Below, one piece after another: positions 1 to 11,255 of a stretch of DNA of 64,000 nucleotides (positions are counted from its first letter, which is position 1; every line of letters begins with the position of its first letter). The stretch comes from the human T2T-CHM13v2.0 reference genome, Homo sapiens. Where the stretch lies: the NCBI RefSeq assembly GCF_009914755.1, contig NC_060926.1, one strand, 5' to 3'. A model generated the notes under the pieces. It saw nothing but the letters and a program-made list of their open reading frames with translations, was not told where the DNA came from and ran no database searches. The position numbers and the translations under genes are program-made.

Positions 1-186
1 ATGCCCTCAGTCATAAGAACAGCTGCTGGGGTGGGGGACAAGGTGTCAAAGAAAGTTCTATGTGCAAGACACTGGTCAGACCCCTGAGGGGTAAGTCAGG
101 GCGCAGAATCCCAGGCCACAGTGGAGGCTGAGAGGGGGCTCTGCTCAGAAGTATAAAGTCATGAGGAGTGAAGAATGATGATTCTA

Positions 187-219
187 CACAACAGGCGAAC
201 TTCTTCTGTAAAGGGCAAA
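187..219 (-). mobile_element. MER58A (hAT-Charlie MITE) 3'-terminal fragment
   Basis: ggcgaacttcttctgtaaagggcaaa (194-219) matches the reverse complement of the MER58A 3' end (GGCAAACTTTTTCTGTAAAGGGCCAG). The rest of the element is at 1750-1943 on the opposite strand. Confidence 0.7.
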
Positions 220-569
220 TGTCTTCGTTCATTTGTGCTGGATGGCTTATACCATAGGTTGAGAGGCTGATAAACCACAGAAATTTGTTCCTCACAGTTT
301 TGATGCTGGAAGTCTGAGATCAGGGAGCCAGCATGATGGGGTTCTGGTAAGGACCCTTTTCTGAGTTGCATATGGAAAGCTGTCCTCTCACTGTGTCCTC
401 AGGTGGTACAAAAGAGAGCAGGCGAGCTTTCTGGGGCCCCTTTTATGAGGACACTAATCCCACTCAGGAGGGCTCCAGGCTCATGGCCTAATCATCCCCA
501 AAGGCCCCACCACCTAACACCATCATCCTGGGGGCTAGAAGTTTGACAAATGAATTTGAGGGGGACACC
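220..569 (-). mobile_element. MLT1A-type MaLR LTR lacking its first ~17 nt
   Basis: Starts tgtcttcgttc, contains ctcacagttttgatgctggaagtctgagatcagg and ends tgaatttgagggggacacc, the reverse complement of MLT1A. Confidence 0.85.
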
Positions 570-599
570 CCAGATTACTCTTTTGGGAAATAAGAGTAA

Positions 600-680
600 G
601 AATATTTAGAGATTAAGTCAGATAATATATGTAAAGCACCTAACACATGGTAAGTGTCCATTAAATGGTTATTATTATAT
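600..680 (+). mobile_element. MIR 3' fragment
   Basis: gattaagtcagataatatatgtaaagcacctaacacatggtaagtgtccattaaatggttattattat matches the MIR tail. Confidence 0.7.
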
Positions 681-1749
681 TATATACAATATTATATATT
701 ATATATATTACATATATATTATATTGTATATAATATATATATTATATTGTATATAATATATATATTATATTGTATATAATATATATATTATATTGTATAT
801 AATATATATATTATATTGTATATAATATATATATTATATTGTATATAATATATATATTATATTGTATATAATATATATATTATATTGTATATAATATATA
901 TATTATATTGTATATAATATATATATTATATTGTATATAATATATATATTATATTGTATATAATATATATATTATATTGTATATAATATATATATTATAT
1001 TGTATATAATATATATATTATATTGTATATAATATATATATTATATTGTATACAATATATATTATATTGTATACAATATATATTATATTGTATATAATAT
1101 ATTATATTGTATATAATATATTATATTGTATATATTATATTGTATATAATATATTATATGTATATAATATAGTGTATACTATATTATATAATATATATTG
1201 TGTATACTATATTATATATTATATATTGTATACAATATATCATATATGATATATTGTATACAATATATCATATATGATATATACAATATATCATATATGA
1301 TATATTGTATATATCATATATGATATATTGTATACTATATATCATATATGATATATAGTATACAATATATTATATATTGTATATAATATATAATATATGA
1401 TATATTGTATATAATATATTATATATGATATATTGTATATTATATATTATATATTGTATATTGTATATTATATATTATATATTGTATATAATATGTTATA
1501 TATTGTATATAATATGTTATATATTATATATTGTATATATGTTATATATTATGTATTGTATATAATATGTTATATATTATATATTGTATATAATGTATTA
1601 TATATTGTATATATTATATATTGTATATAATGTATTATATATTGTATATTATATATTATATATTGTATATAATATATTATATACATTATATTATATATTA
1701 TATATTGTATATAATATATTATATACATTATATTATATATATTATATAT
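677..1749. repeat. AT-rich minisatellite: ~15 copies of a 23-bp unit (TATATTATATTGTATATAATATA), then degenerate and palindromic variants
   Basis: The single G recurs every 23 nt (726, 749, 772 ... 1025, 1048). The region is almost all A/T. Confidence 0.95.
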
Positions 1750-1943
1750 TAGGAGTCAACAAACTATGACCTACAGGGCAAATCTAGCTTGCTGCTTGCT
1801 TTTGTAAATAAAGTTTTATTGAAATATAGCATCACTCATTCATTTACATATTGTCTGTGGCTGCTCTCGTATAAAAAAACAGAGTTAAATAGTGATGACA
1901 CAGATCCTGGGATCCACAAAGCCTAAAATATTCATTACTTGAC
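1750..1943 (+). mobile_element. MER58A (hAT-Charlie MITE) missing its 3' ~30 nt
   Basis: aggagtcaacaaactatgacc...ttttgtaaataaagttttattgaaa...cacaaagcctaaaatattcattac follows the MER58A consensus. Confidence 0.9.
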
Positions 1944-1974
1944 TGCAGTGGACTGAATGTTGGTGTCCCCCTCA
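1944..1974 (+). mobile_element. MLT1A LTR 5' tip
   Basis: tgcagtggactgaatgttggtgtccccctca resembles the consensus start TGCTATGGACTGAATGTTTGTGTCCCCC. Confidence 0.8.
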
Positions 1975-2041
1975 CACACACATATATATATACACACACA
2001 CACACATATATACACACACATATATCTATATCAAGATTTTA

Positions 2042-2337
2042 GGTCGGGGACCATGGCTCACGCCTGTAATCCCAGCACTTTGGGAGGCTGCGGCAGGCCT
2101 CCCGAAGTCAGGAGTTTGAGACCAGCCTGGCCAACATGGTGAAACACCATCTCTACTAAAAATACAAAAATTAGCCAGGCATGATGGTGCATGCCTGTTG
2201 TCCCAGCTACTCAGAAGGCTGAGGCAGGAGAATGGCTTGAATGCAAAGGTTGCAGTGAGCCTAGATTGCTCCACTGCACTCCAGCCTGGGCGACAGAGCA
2301 AGACTCTGTCTCCTCCCCCCCGACCCCCAAAAAAAAG
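2042..2337 (+). mobile_element. Alu (AluS-type)
   Basis: Dimeric Alu with tactaaaaatacaaaaattagcc linker and short A tail. Flanks aagattttaggt / aaagttttaggt look like a TSD. Confidence 0.95.
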
Positions 2338-2849
2338 TTTTAGGTGACCATTTCTGAGAGGATATGATTACAGATTATTTTTATATTTATATGCTTCTCT
2401 CTACCTTTCAAATATCCTACAATGGACATATGTAATTTTTATGAAAAGAACATTGTAATTTTTTTAAGTATAGGGACCAGTGGGAGCACAGAGGAAGAAG
2501 TTATTTAATTTCAGGGATTTCTGAGATGGGATATAGTCAATCCTATGATGCCAAGAGAGGAAAATACAAAACTTCTATCCATATTTATTTACCTTAAAAA
2601 AATAAGACAGAATTTACATTGGGCTAACTCAATACTCACAATGACCCTGGCACGCTCCCTCAATCCACATGTCATGGCCACATGTCTAGTGCACACGGGA
2701 TCCTGTTGGGAAAGCAATAGTTCTCACCAAGATGGCTTGACCACCGAGTCCATAGACCCTAAGCAGACATACATTGGACTTTACGAGTGCAAAGCATCCA
2801 GCATAAGGGATTTTTAATAATCTCTCATTTTTCCTGCCACAGTAATATG

Positions 2850-4560
2850 GCTGAATTACACATAGCTACAATATGGCAAAATTGCAATAAATCAAAATGC
2901 ATTCTTTGTCAGAAATACATTTGAAAGACACACACAAAAATTTCAGTGGGGAAATCTAGGGGGAAAATGACTATTAGAACACATGTAGTACCAATGTTTT
3001 GCCAGGCAGCTGGATTAAAGTGCAGATGTTTCCAGCATATTCAATTTTATGGATTTGAAGTATTTCATTCCAATGCCTCAGATAGTTGTGCAGTTTGAAC
3101 ATTACATTCTCCAAAGGCATCATTCACACTGTATTCTATGCAACAGGTGCCCATGACGTTCTGCAGTGCACATTCTGGGGGCCCTGATGTAATGACCCCG
3201 AATGATGATACTTATAAAGAACTACTTTCATGTGAGCCATGAAAGAAAAGTTTTATTGAAGAAGACACAGTCTTAATAGTCTATAATAGTAACTGTTCTA
3301 CAGGATCACTGTAGAACCACAACCACTGGAACTTTAAAAAGATCCAAGAGTGTGGTTATAAAGATAGCTCACACGTGAAATTCATTCACAGGGTCAGTTG
3401 TAGGCAGGCTGTCATGGCAAAGAAACATAAGCTGCGGGTGCACATAGTATCACAGAGTTTCATTAATGTGATTATATATAACAGGAAAAGGGAAATTTAA
3501 AATAGTAGAATTTTTACAAGACTTCATTAATGATAAGTGGTTTGATCATGAACTTCTCTGGGAACACACAATGTACCTGAATTAGTTGTTGAACTTGAAG
3601 GTGGGTTACACATTTTTCTTCTACAAAGAGACAGGGTGTCGAATTTAGTGACCTTTTCTAAAATGACAAGTAGTCCTCAGCATTGAGCCACAAGTAGATA
3701 TTTTTTTAAAAATAAACACATTAGATCTGACCCTTCAAGGTAAAGAGTGAGAAAGTAACTGCTTTGCTAAAGAAATTCATGTATCGAAGAGCATTTTTAA
3801 AAAACATTTCCATCACTCTGTGATATTTTGTCTGTATAGTTGGTGTGTCAACTATAATGATGCTCACACATGCACACTTAAACGGAATTCACTAGCAAGC
3901 TTAAAAATCTTCCAAATAAAGTTTCAATAGATTTTGGGTGCATTTGCTTAAAAATGGAAAAATGAAATATCTTCCAATTAGTTTGCAAGAATAACAGCCT
4001 GACATCAGGAAGATGGAAATTTACTAGCCCTATTTCAATAAAAGCCTTTGCATAATTGGTGAATGGCATTGAAAAATGAGAATCATAATTTAGGAAGCAC
4101 AGCCACCAGTGCCCTGTTCCATTTGGATCGACACCTCTTTGTGAGGAATCCTTTTCAACTCTGACAGCCATTCAAACCAAACATATTTTTTAAAGCTGAA
4201 CTTAGAACTATGATATCTTGCTGTATTGTCAAGTAGTAAAATTTTAAAACTAATGAAGCCTATCCAATCTTAATGCTTACTTCAAAATATTATTAATAAT
4301 TCCAGGGGCAGTAAAAAAAAGTGAGAGCAAAGAAAGATTTTATAATACAAACAATTTAGGATATTATCTATGTTGTTATTATCCCAAACCTTTAAATTTT
4401 CTATTTTTGTGTATATTATACAAGATACTACATATATAAGTTATGTATACACTTATATTTGCATAAAATACAAATATAGATTACAATATAGTAATATATA
4501 AATGCATGTAAATTAATAACCCATATATAGTAATAGATATAAATTATAAATAAACATATA
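2850..4560 (+). pseudogene. hAT-Charlie (Buster/ZBED5-like) transposase fossil
   Basis: Hand translation gives VDIFLKINTLDLTLQGK (3694-3744) and the hAT dimerisation motif PFGSTPLCEESFSTLTAIQTK (4119-4181). Multiple stops and frameshifts. Outer boundaries approximate. Confidence 0.8.
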
Positions 4561-5996
4561 GTTTTAAAAAAAGAATTTTCATCTCCTCTGACTTTGAGTT
4601 GGGGCAGGGGCAGGTGTGAGCTTATTGAAGGGGTAAGATTTGCACTGAGACCTAGGCAAGAGTGACACCAACATAATGATTAACCGATGGATGGAGAAAC
4701 ATGGATTTCTTTATCCAATGTCAATATTCATTCAGTATCAGATGGGAGTGAGTTCAGAAGAAAGGGGAAGATATTGTCCTCATGACAACAGGGAGAATTC
4801 TTTTAGAAACTCATTTTCCTGCATTCTAGAGGGTGGAAGCAGAATTAGGTTCAAGAAGAACAAACCTCAGTCTTCAGTGACTAATCTGAGGGATGCTCCG
4901 CATTTCCCCACTTTCTGAAGATGGAGATCATAAGGGCAGATCCTCTGCGCTCTCAGGGGATGCCTCTCCATGGCCTTGTGGGCCATTTCTCATGCTCTTA
5001 CAAGGTGAAATGACCTCCTGCCTTCAAGACCCAGCTCAAATGTCCTTTCCACAATGCTTTCTCTATATTGGAGGTTAGTTCCACTTTCCCTCAGCCTCTG
5101 TGGTTAGTAGCACATATATGTCCCAACTGCTAAGCTAGGGCAGTTCTGAGGGAGAAGCATCCTCTGTGTCCAGCCACAAGGGTCATCACCCAAGATGACC
5201 TGAGATGAGCTCAAAATCATGAGAGAAGACGCAAGGTCAAAACTAGAAAGGCAATAACAAGCACCAAGTGCAGGCGAAGTTTGGAGGACAAGTAGTGAGT
5301 TGAATGGCTGGGACTATTACAAGAAGGTGGAAAGGTGGGAGGAGCATCCTGCTGTCAGGACACACCCAGGAACTGCAGACACCCTCCACCCAGGACAGCT
5401 CTGCCTCATCCCAATTAGGCAATGTTTGAGGAATGGGGGGCAAGTTATATTCATATATTCATTTAGCAAATACTTAACAAGTGCCAGGTACTGGGCTATG
5501 CTGGGTACTTTCTACCTGACAATGTAGTTACTTCTGCTCTTATCTAAATTCCCCTACCCAATAATGAGCTCCTAAAGGCAGGCCTTTTATTCAGCTTTGC
5601 AACTCCATGGTGTCTAAAATATAGGCACTCACAGGTTTGATTAAGACAAAGAGAATCTGTGAGTCCTTTATGAAGCCAAGGTACTTGAAATGTTCTTCCA
5701 CTACTCTTACCTTAAGCTCTTTCCAACACCCAAGAATAAGTTGGCTTGCCTATGGGTTATAATTACCTAAGGTTAGTTCTCCCTACACTGTCACCTAGAA
5801 AACTAATTAGTATCTTCATATCAGACTCAGACTAACTTGGAATACTTGGAGAGAGCAAAAGAATAATGCAGTGAAACCCTCCAATGTGCAGTCCTTTTAT
5901 CTACCTTGGCATCTGTTCCAGCCAGGTAACTGTGGGACTTATACCAAAATTTGTCAGGGTATACAGATTTTGGAGGGCTACATGGGGAGGCATTAA

Positions 5997-6093
5997 GGAG
6001 GAAGGAAGGAAGGAAGGAAGGAAGGAAGGAAGGAAGGAAGGAAAGAGGGACGGAGGGAGGGAGGGAGGGAAGGAAGGGAGGGAGGGAGGCAGG
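5997..6093 (+). repeat. (GGAA)11 plus GGGA/GGAG purine-rich microsatellite
   Basis: Eleven consecutive GGAA units at 6000-6043, followed by a GGGA-rich tract. Confidence 0.95.
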
Positions 6094-6559
6094 GTTTGCC
6101 TATCCAGCCAGTTAAGAAAATCACCATGTTTTTGAGGAAACAAACCAATCTCATGTGTGACTGTTCCAATACAACCATGTTTTTAAGTCTCCCTCTGCAC
6201 CTTCAGTCCTGTTGTCCCTGGGTCTAGAATGTCCTTCCTATACTTCCCCACACGTCAAGCTCCTTTTTTCCCTTTGAGAAAAGCTCTGAAAATCTTTACT
6301 GATATCTCACCTAAAAGTGAAAGTCACATTCAACACCATGGTTATTACCTAGGGAACATATTAAAATCCAGATTTCCAGGCTCCCTTCCCAGACCTACTA
6401 ATTCTCTAGGAGGTGATTCTGACATACATTAAAGTTACAGAAGTTTAAATTCTGTTCATTCAAAAAGTATGCATTGACTCACTGTTTGTCCTACACTGTC
6501 CTAGGTTTTTGCTAAATGCCTTCAATTTGGGTAATGGTTCTTTTGCCTTGCCCCACTAC

Positions 6560-6665
6560 TATATTGTAAGTTTTTTGGGAAGATGGACCGTGTCTTATGT
6601 TCCTCTGTATCACTGAGATGCTTGGCACAGGGAAGCTTCTCAATAAATGTTTTTAGATTAAATGA
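6560..6665 (+). mobile_element. L2 3' fragment
   Basis: ...cttggcacagggaagcttctcaataaatgtttttagattaaatgaa matches the L2 tail. Confidence 0.6.
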
Positions 6666-7007
6666 AAAATCAAACTAATATTTCTATATCCCCATAGAAG
6701 GGGCAGTTTTGCGCCTAAGAGTTTTCTTTCAAGAGTTTAATACAGACAGCCTGGCACATATTCAAGGACTGAAGGCCCAGGAGCAGATAAGGTCTGATCA
6801 GAGTGGAACTGTCACTTCCATGGTCTGTGTAGCTTACTTCTATCACATGGCTAAAGGAAAAGTTCAGTTTTCTGAAGACTGCGTAAGTCTATTATTATTG
6901 AATTGACATTCCACTGAAGATCTTATTTTTCTTTCATGCTAAATTGTGTCTTTTCTATCTCTTCCACTGGATACTTGTGAAAATCAGACTTTTGGACAGA
7001 ATAGAGG

Positions 7008-7363
7008 TGATATGGTTTGGCTGTGTCCCCACCCAAATCTCACGGTGAATTGTAATAATCCCCATGTGTCAAGGGTGGGACCAGGTAGAGATAATTGAAT
7101 CATGGGGGCAATTTCCCCCATACTGTTTTTGTGGTAGTGAATAAGTCTCATAAGATCTGATGGTTTTATAAATGGGAGTTCCCCTGCACAAGGTCTCTTG
7201 CCTGCTCCCATGTAAGATATGTCTTTACTTCTCATTCACCTTCTGTCATGATTGTGAGGTCTCCCCAGCCATGTGGAACTGTGAGTCAATTAAGCCTCTT
7301 TCTTTTATAAATTACCTAGTCTTGGGTATGTCTTTATTAGCAGCATGAAAGAAGACTAATACA
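7008..7363 (+). mobile_element. THE1 (B/C-like) MaLR solo LTR
   Basis: tgatatggtttggctgtgtccccacccaaatctc ... gactaataca, with 5-bp TSD agagg/atagg. Confidence 0.95.
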
Positions 7364-7563
7364 ATAGGCCTTGTAACTATGCCTTCATTCAAGAACTATC
7401 TATTGTCCATATAACTTGTATTCAGCACTCTTCTAGGCTCTGGAGATACAGAAAGAAATGACAGTCTTTGCCTTCCAGGAGCAAACGGTGTTACAGGATT
7501 ATTTATCTGCTACTTTTTTTTTTTTTTACCAAAATTGTGGATGTCACAGCACAGAAAAATCTT

Positions 7564-8490
7564 TTTGAGTATATACCCAATAATGGGATTCCTGGGTCAA
7601 AAGGTATTTCTGGTTCTAGATCCTTAAGGAATCGCCACACTGTCTTCCACAATAGTTGAACTAATTTACACTCCCGCCAACAGTGTAAAAGTGTTCCTGT
7701 TTCTCCACATCCTCTCCAGCATCTGTTGTTTCCTGACTTTTTAATGATCAGCATTGTAACTGGTGTGAGATGGTATCTTACTGTGGTTTACATTTGCATT
7801 TCTCTAATGACCAGTGACGATGAGCTTTTTTTTAATATGTTTGTTGGCCACATAAATGTCTTCTTTTGAGAAGTGTCTGTTCATATCTTTCACCCATTTT
7901 TTTGATGGGGTTGCTTTTTCTTGTAAATTTGTTTAAGTTCCTTGTAGATTCTAGATAGTAGCCCCACACATATATTTATTGCAGCACTATCCACAATAGC
8001 AAAGACTTGGAACCAACCCAAATGTCCATCAATGACAGACTGGATAAAAAAAAAATGTGACACATATACATCATGGGATACTATGCAGCCATAAAAAAGG
8101 ATGAGGTCATGTCCTTTGCAGGGACATAGATGAAGCTGGAAACCATCATTCTCAGCAAACTAACACAGGAACAGAAAACCAAACACTGCATGTTCTCACT
8201 CATAATTGGGAGTTGAACAATGAGAACACATGAACACAGGGAGGGGACTATCAAACACCGGGGCCTGTCAGGGGGTGGGAGACTAGGGGAGGGATAATAT
8301 TAGGAGAAATACCTAATGTAGATGACAGGTTGATGGGTGCAGTAAACCACCATGGCATGTGTATACCTATGTAACAAACCTGCACATTCTGCACATGTAT
8401 TCTAGAACTTAAAGTATAATTTTTTTAAAAAAGTTGATAATTATTACGAATAAAACCAGAATGACTACTTACAAAAAAAAAAAGAAAGAA
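7564..8490 (+). mobile_element. L1PA7/8-like insertion: 5'-inverted ORF2 piece (7564-7964, minus), 3' end (7965-8420, plus), extra tail to 8490
   Basis: Minus segment encodes the ORF2 C-terminal [23 protein letters not shown]. Plus segment is the L1 3'UTR ending aacttaaagtataat. TSD agaaaaatcttttt (7553-7566) / agaaaaatattttt (8491-8504). Confidence 0.93.
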
Positions 8491-9464
8491 AGAAAAATAT
8501 TTTTTATGTTGATTCTGTCATCCAGTGTTTTTATGGTCCCTCCTAGCTCACTATCCTTAGAAGTTCATTTCTATGGCCCCATCAAAGTCATTGTTTGACA
8601 TTGTGAAGCAGTTCAGGACCAACGACAGAGCTCCCCGTGTGCCTGAGAACAAAAATGCGTTTCCAATTTAAGTGAAATATTTCCTAGGTCTCTACCTTGT
8701 GTACTAGAGGTTCAGAGATTAATTAGGCACAACCACAATTCTCTAAGAGTGTCCCAAATATGGCTGTGACAAGGACACACCACATAGGTACAGTGCAACA
8801 TGGCAACGATTATCAAACATGTCCAGATCGTATTTCTCCCCTGGTCCTTCAAGATCTTTAAAGATCATGTCCAAGGCACGCACGCAGAGGAGCTAAGACT
8901 TGTTTGGAATATAGGATGGCAAACTATTTCAGAGATTACGATTCCCTTTCGCCTTGAGCTACATCTGTCCAAATTGAATTTACTTGAACAACGGGATAGC
9001 TATTACAGTGGCACTCTTTCAGCACTGTAATCTAATGAGATGGCTTTGGATACTATTAAAAGTTAAATCAGTCGATAAACGAAATATTAAAATCACTGGA
9101 GAGTTGGCCCAATGCACAAAATATTAACACTGCAAGCTCTAAATCAAATGCTGAACATGAATTTGGCCAAAGCTATTAAAACAAGAGTTTGGACTCTGTC
9201 CTGAATTTTGGAGCTGTGCCTTAGGAGAGCTTTTCAAAAGCTCAGTTTTTCCTTTTATTAGCACCTTGGGGTGAGGAAGATTCACATTGAGGGCTGTCTT
9301 AGGACACTAGACACTAGAAATCCTGCTCTGGGAACCCACAACACTTAGAGGATGAGACATTAAATCACAGAGTAATGTGACAAGTGCTTTATCTATTAAT
9401 CGTTTAACTTCCCACTAAATCTTGAAGTCTTGGGTGTCTCTCTGTGCCTCTATCTCTGTCTCTG

Positions 9465-9495
<31 letters not shown>

Positions 9496-9708
9496 AGTCC
9501 CCTTTTTCTTTGGGTTCCATAGGAGTTACCTGTCAAAGTTGTATTCATCCTTCAAGGATGAAGTTCAAACTCCACCGCTTCCAAAAACCTTCTGAGATGC
9601 CTTAGTCAGAATCACTGTCTCCTTCACAATTAATCTCTTCTCCCATGGCTTGATGTATATACATTTGTTGGACTTTCTTTTTTTCAGCCTGCCTTGAACA
9701 TGTGTCAC

Positions 9709-10094
9709 TGTCTTAGTTTAGGTTCGTCCAGAATCACACTCTGACACAAGGATTCAAGGGAAAATGGTCTATCTGGCAGGTAGAGGGAGCATTAGGAGGG
9801 GTGGGCTAGTGATAGAGGGAGGTAATACAGTTGATCAAAAGTGTGATATTAATCCAGTTACCCATAGGTGATGGATGCTTTATTTCAATGGAGAACTTTG
9901 AGAATTGGTATAAAACACATCCCTCATGATTATCCTCCTGAGGGGCAAGGGAGCTGAGGTATTTGCACATCAATTTCCAAAAGTAGTTATTTGAGGGCTG
10001 CTTCCAGGGTCTGTTCCCCAATAAAACCAAACTACCACTTGCAAGCAGGGCAGCCTTCTCTGGTTCCAAAAGAAAAATATTCAGGCACAGGATA
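9709..10094 (-). mobile_element. Old ERVL-class LTR (LTR16-like), interrupted by MLT1A
   Basis: tgtcttagtttaggttc...gacacaaggattcaag and gaggggcaagggagctgaggtattt. Similar to 29445-29810. Subfamily uncertain. Confidence 0.6.
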
Positions 10095-10458
10095 TCCTTT
10101 GGACTGAATTATATACCCCAGTGTGACTGTATTTGAAGATAGGGTTCTTAGGAGACAATTAAGTTTAAATGAACTTATAGGGGTAGGATCTTACTCCAAT
10201 AGGACCAGTGGCCTTATAAAAATAGGGAGAGAATTCTCTCTCTCTCTCTCCACAGGCATGCACCAGAGAAAGGCCATGTGAGGACATAGTGAGAAAGTGG
10301 CTGTCTGCAAGCCAAGAAGAAAGTCCTCATGAGAACCCGACCATGCTGGCTCCTGGATCATGGGCTTCCAGCTTCCAGACTGTGAGGAAATAAATGGCTG
10401 TTGTTTAAGCTGCCCAGTCTGTGGTATTTTTGCTAGGCAGCCCAAGCTGACTAAGACA
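10095..10458 (+). mobile_element. MLT1A-type MaLR LTR
   Basis: tcctttggactgaat ... aataaatggctgttgtttaagc ... gactaagaca, with TSD ggata/gggta. Confidence 0.85.
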
Positions 10459-10674
10459 GGGTAGCAGATATTGAAAGTTGGAAGCTGGCTAGAGGATACT
10501 AAAAGGTAACAGGAATATGAGAGAGTCATTGAGAAAATATGTTACTGTCCCACTCCTAAGACTGTGGGTTCAAGGGCAGGGACCAAGCAAACTGTCCTCC
10601 TTGGGCACAAACCAACAGAAGGAAGCAACATTCATTGACCACCTACTATGTGCCAGGCACTAAGACAGACTTCT

Positions 10675-11255
10675 TTTAAAAATTAACTTTATTAAGCTAT
10701 CATTCATATATAATAAAATGCACACATTTTAAGTACATAATTTTGTGAATGTTGACCAACGTGTATTCTCATATAACTATCACCGCAATTCAAGATACAG
10801 AAAAAATATTTCTATCACTCAGAGATTCCTTTGTGCCCCTTCCCAATCAACCCCATCCCCACTCCTGGCCCCAAGTTATTATTGATCTACTTCTGTCACT
10901 GTTGAGTAGATTGGTCATTCCTAGCGTTTCCTATGGAATCGTATAGTATCTGGTCTTTTGTGTCTGGCTTCTTTCCCTCAGCATAATGTTTCTGAGGGTC
11001 ATCATGTTGAATCATGTATCAATAGTTCATTCCTTTTTATTGCTAATTAGAGTTCCATTGTATTAACATACCAAATCTGTGTATCCATTCACCTGTTGAT
11101 GCACTTTGGGATTACTTCCAGTTAGGGCTATTAGCAATTAAGGCTGGTATCAACATTTGCATATAAGCTTTTGTGTGAACATATGTTTTCATTTCTCTAA
11201 GGAGTGGAATTGTGAGATCATATGGTATGTTCATGTTTAATTTTATGTGAAACTG
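10675..11255 (-). mobile_element. L1MB-type 3' end inserted into a MIR (MIR pieces ~10625-10665 and ~11256-11460)
   Basis: ataaaatgcacacattttaagtac ... tgtgtctggcttctttccctcagcataatgttt ... tatccattcacctgttgatg is a reverse-strand L1M 3'UTR. Confidence 0.8.

Noticed and set aside
712-1060. CRISPR-like array of 23-bp repeats
   Set aside because: Units are head-to-tail with no unique spacers, there are no cas genes, and the DNA is primate.
1046-1769. Y/I-rich ORFs
   Set aside because: They are translations of the AT minisatellite.
7503-7754. 83-aa ORF with a Cys/His motif
   Set aside because: It is the L1 ORF2 C-terminal fragment in the inverted part of a truncated L1PA, not a gene.
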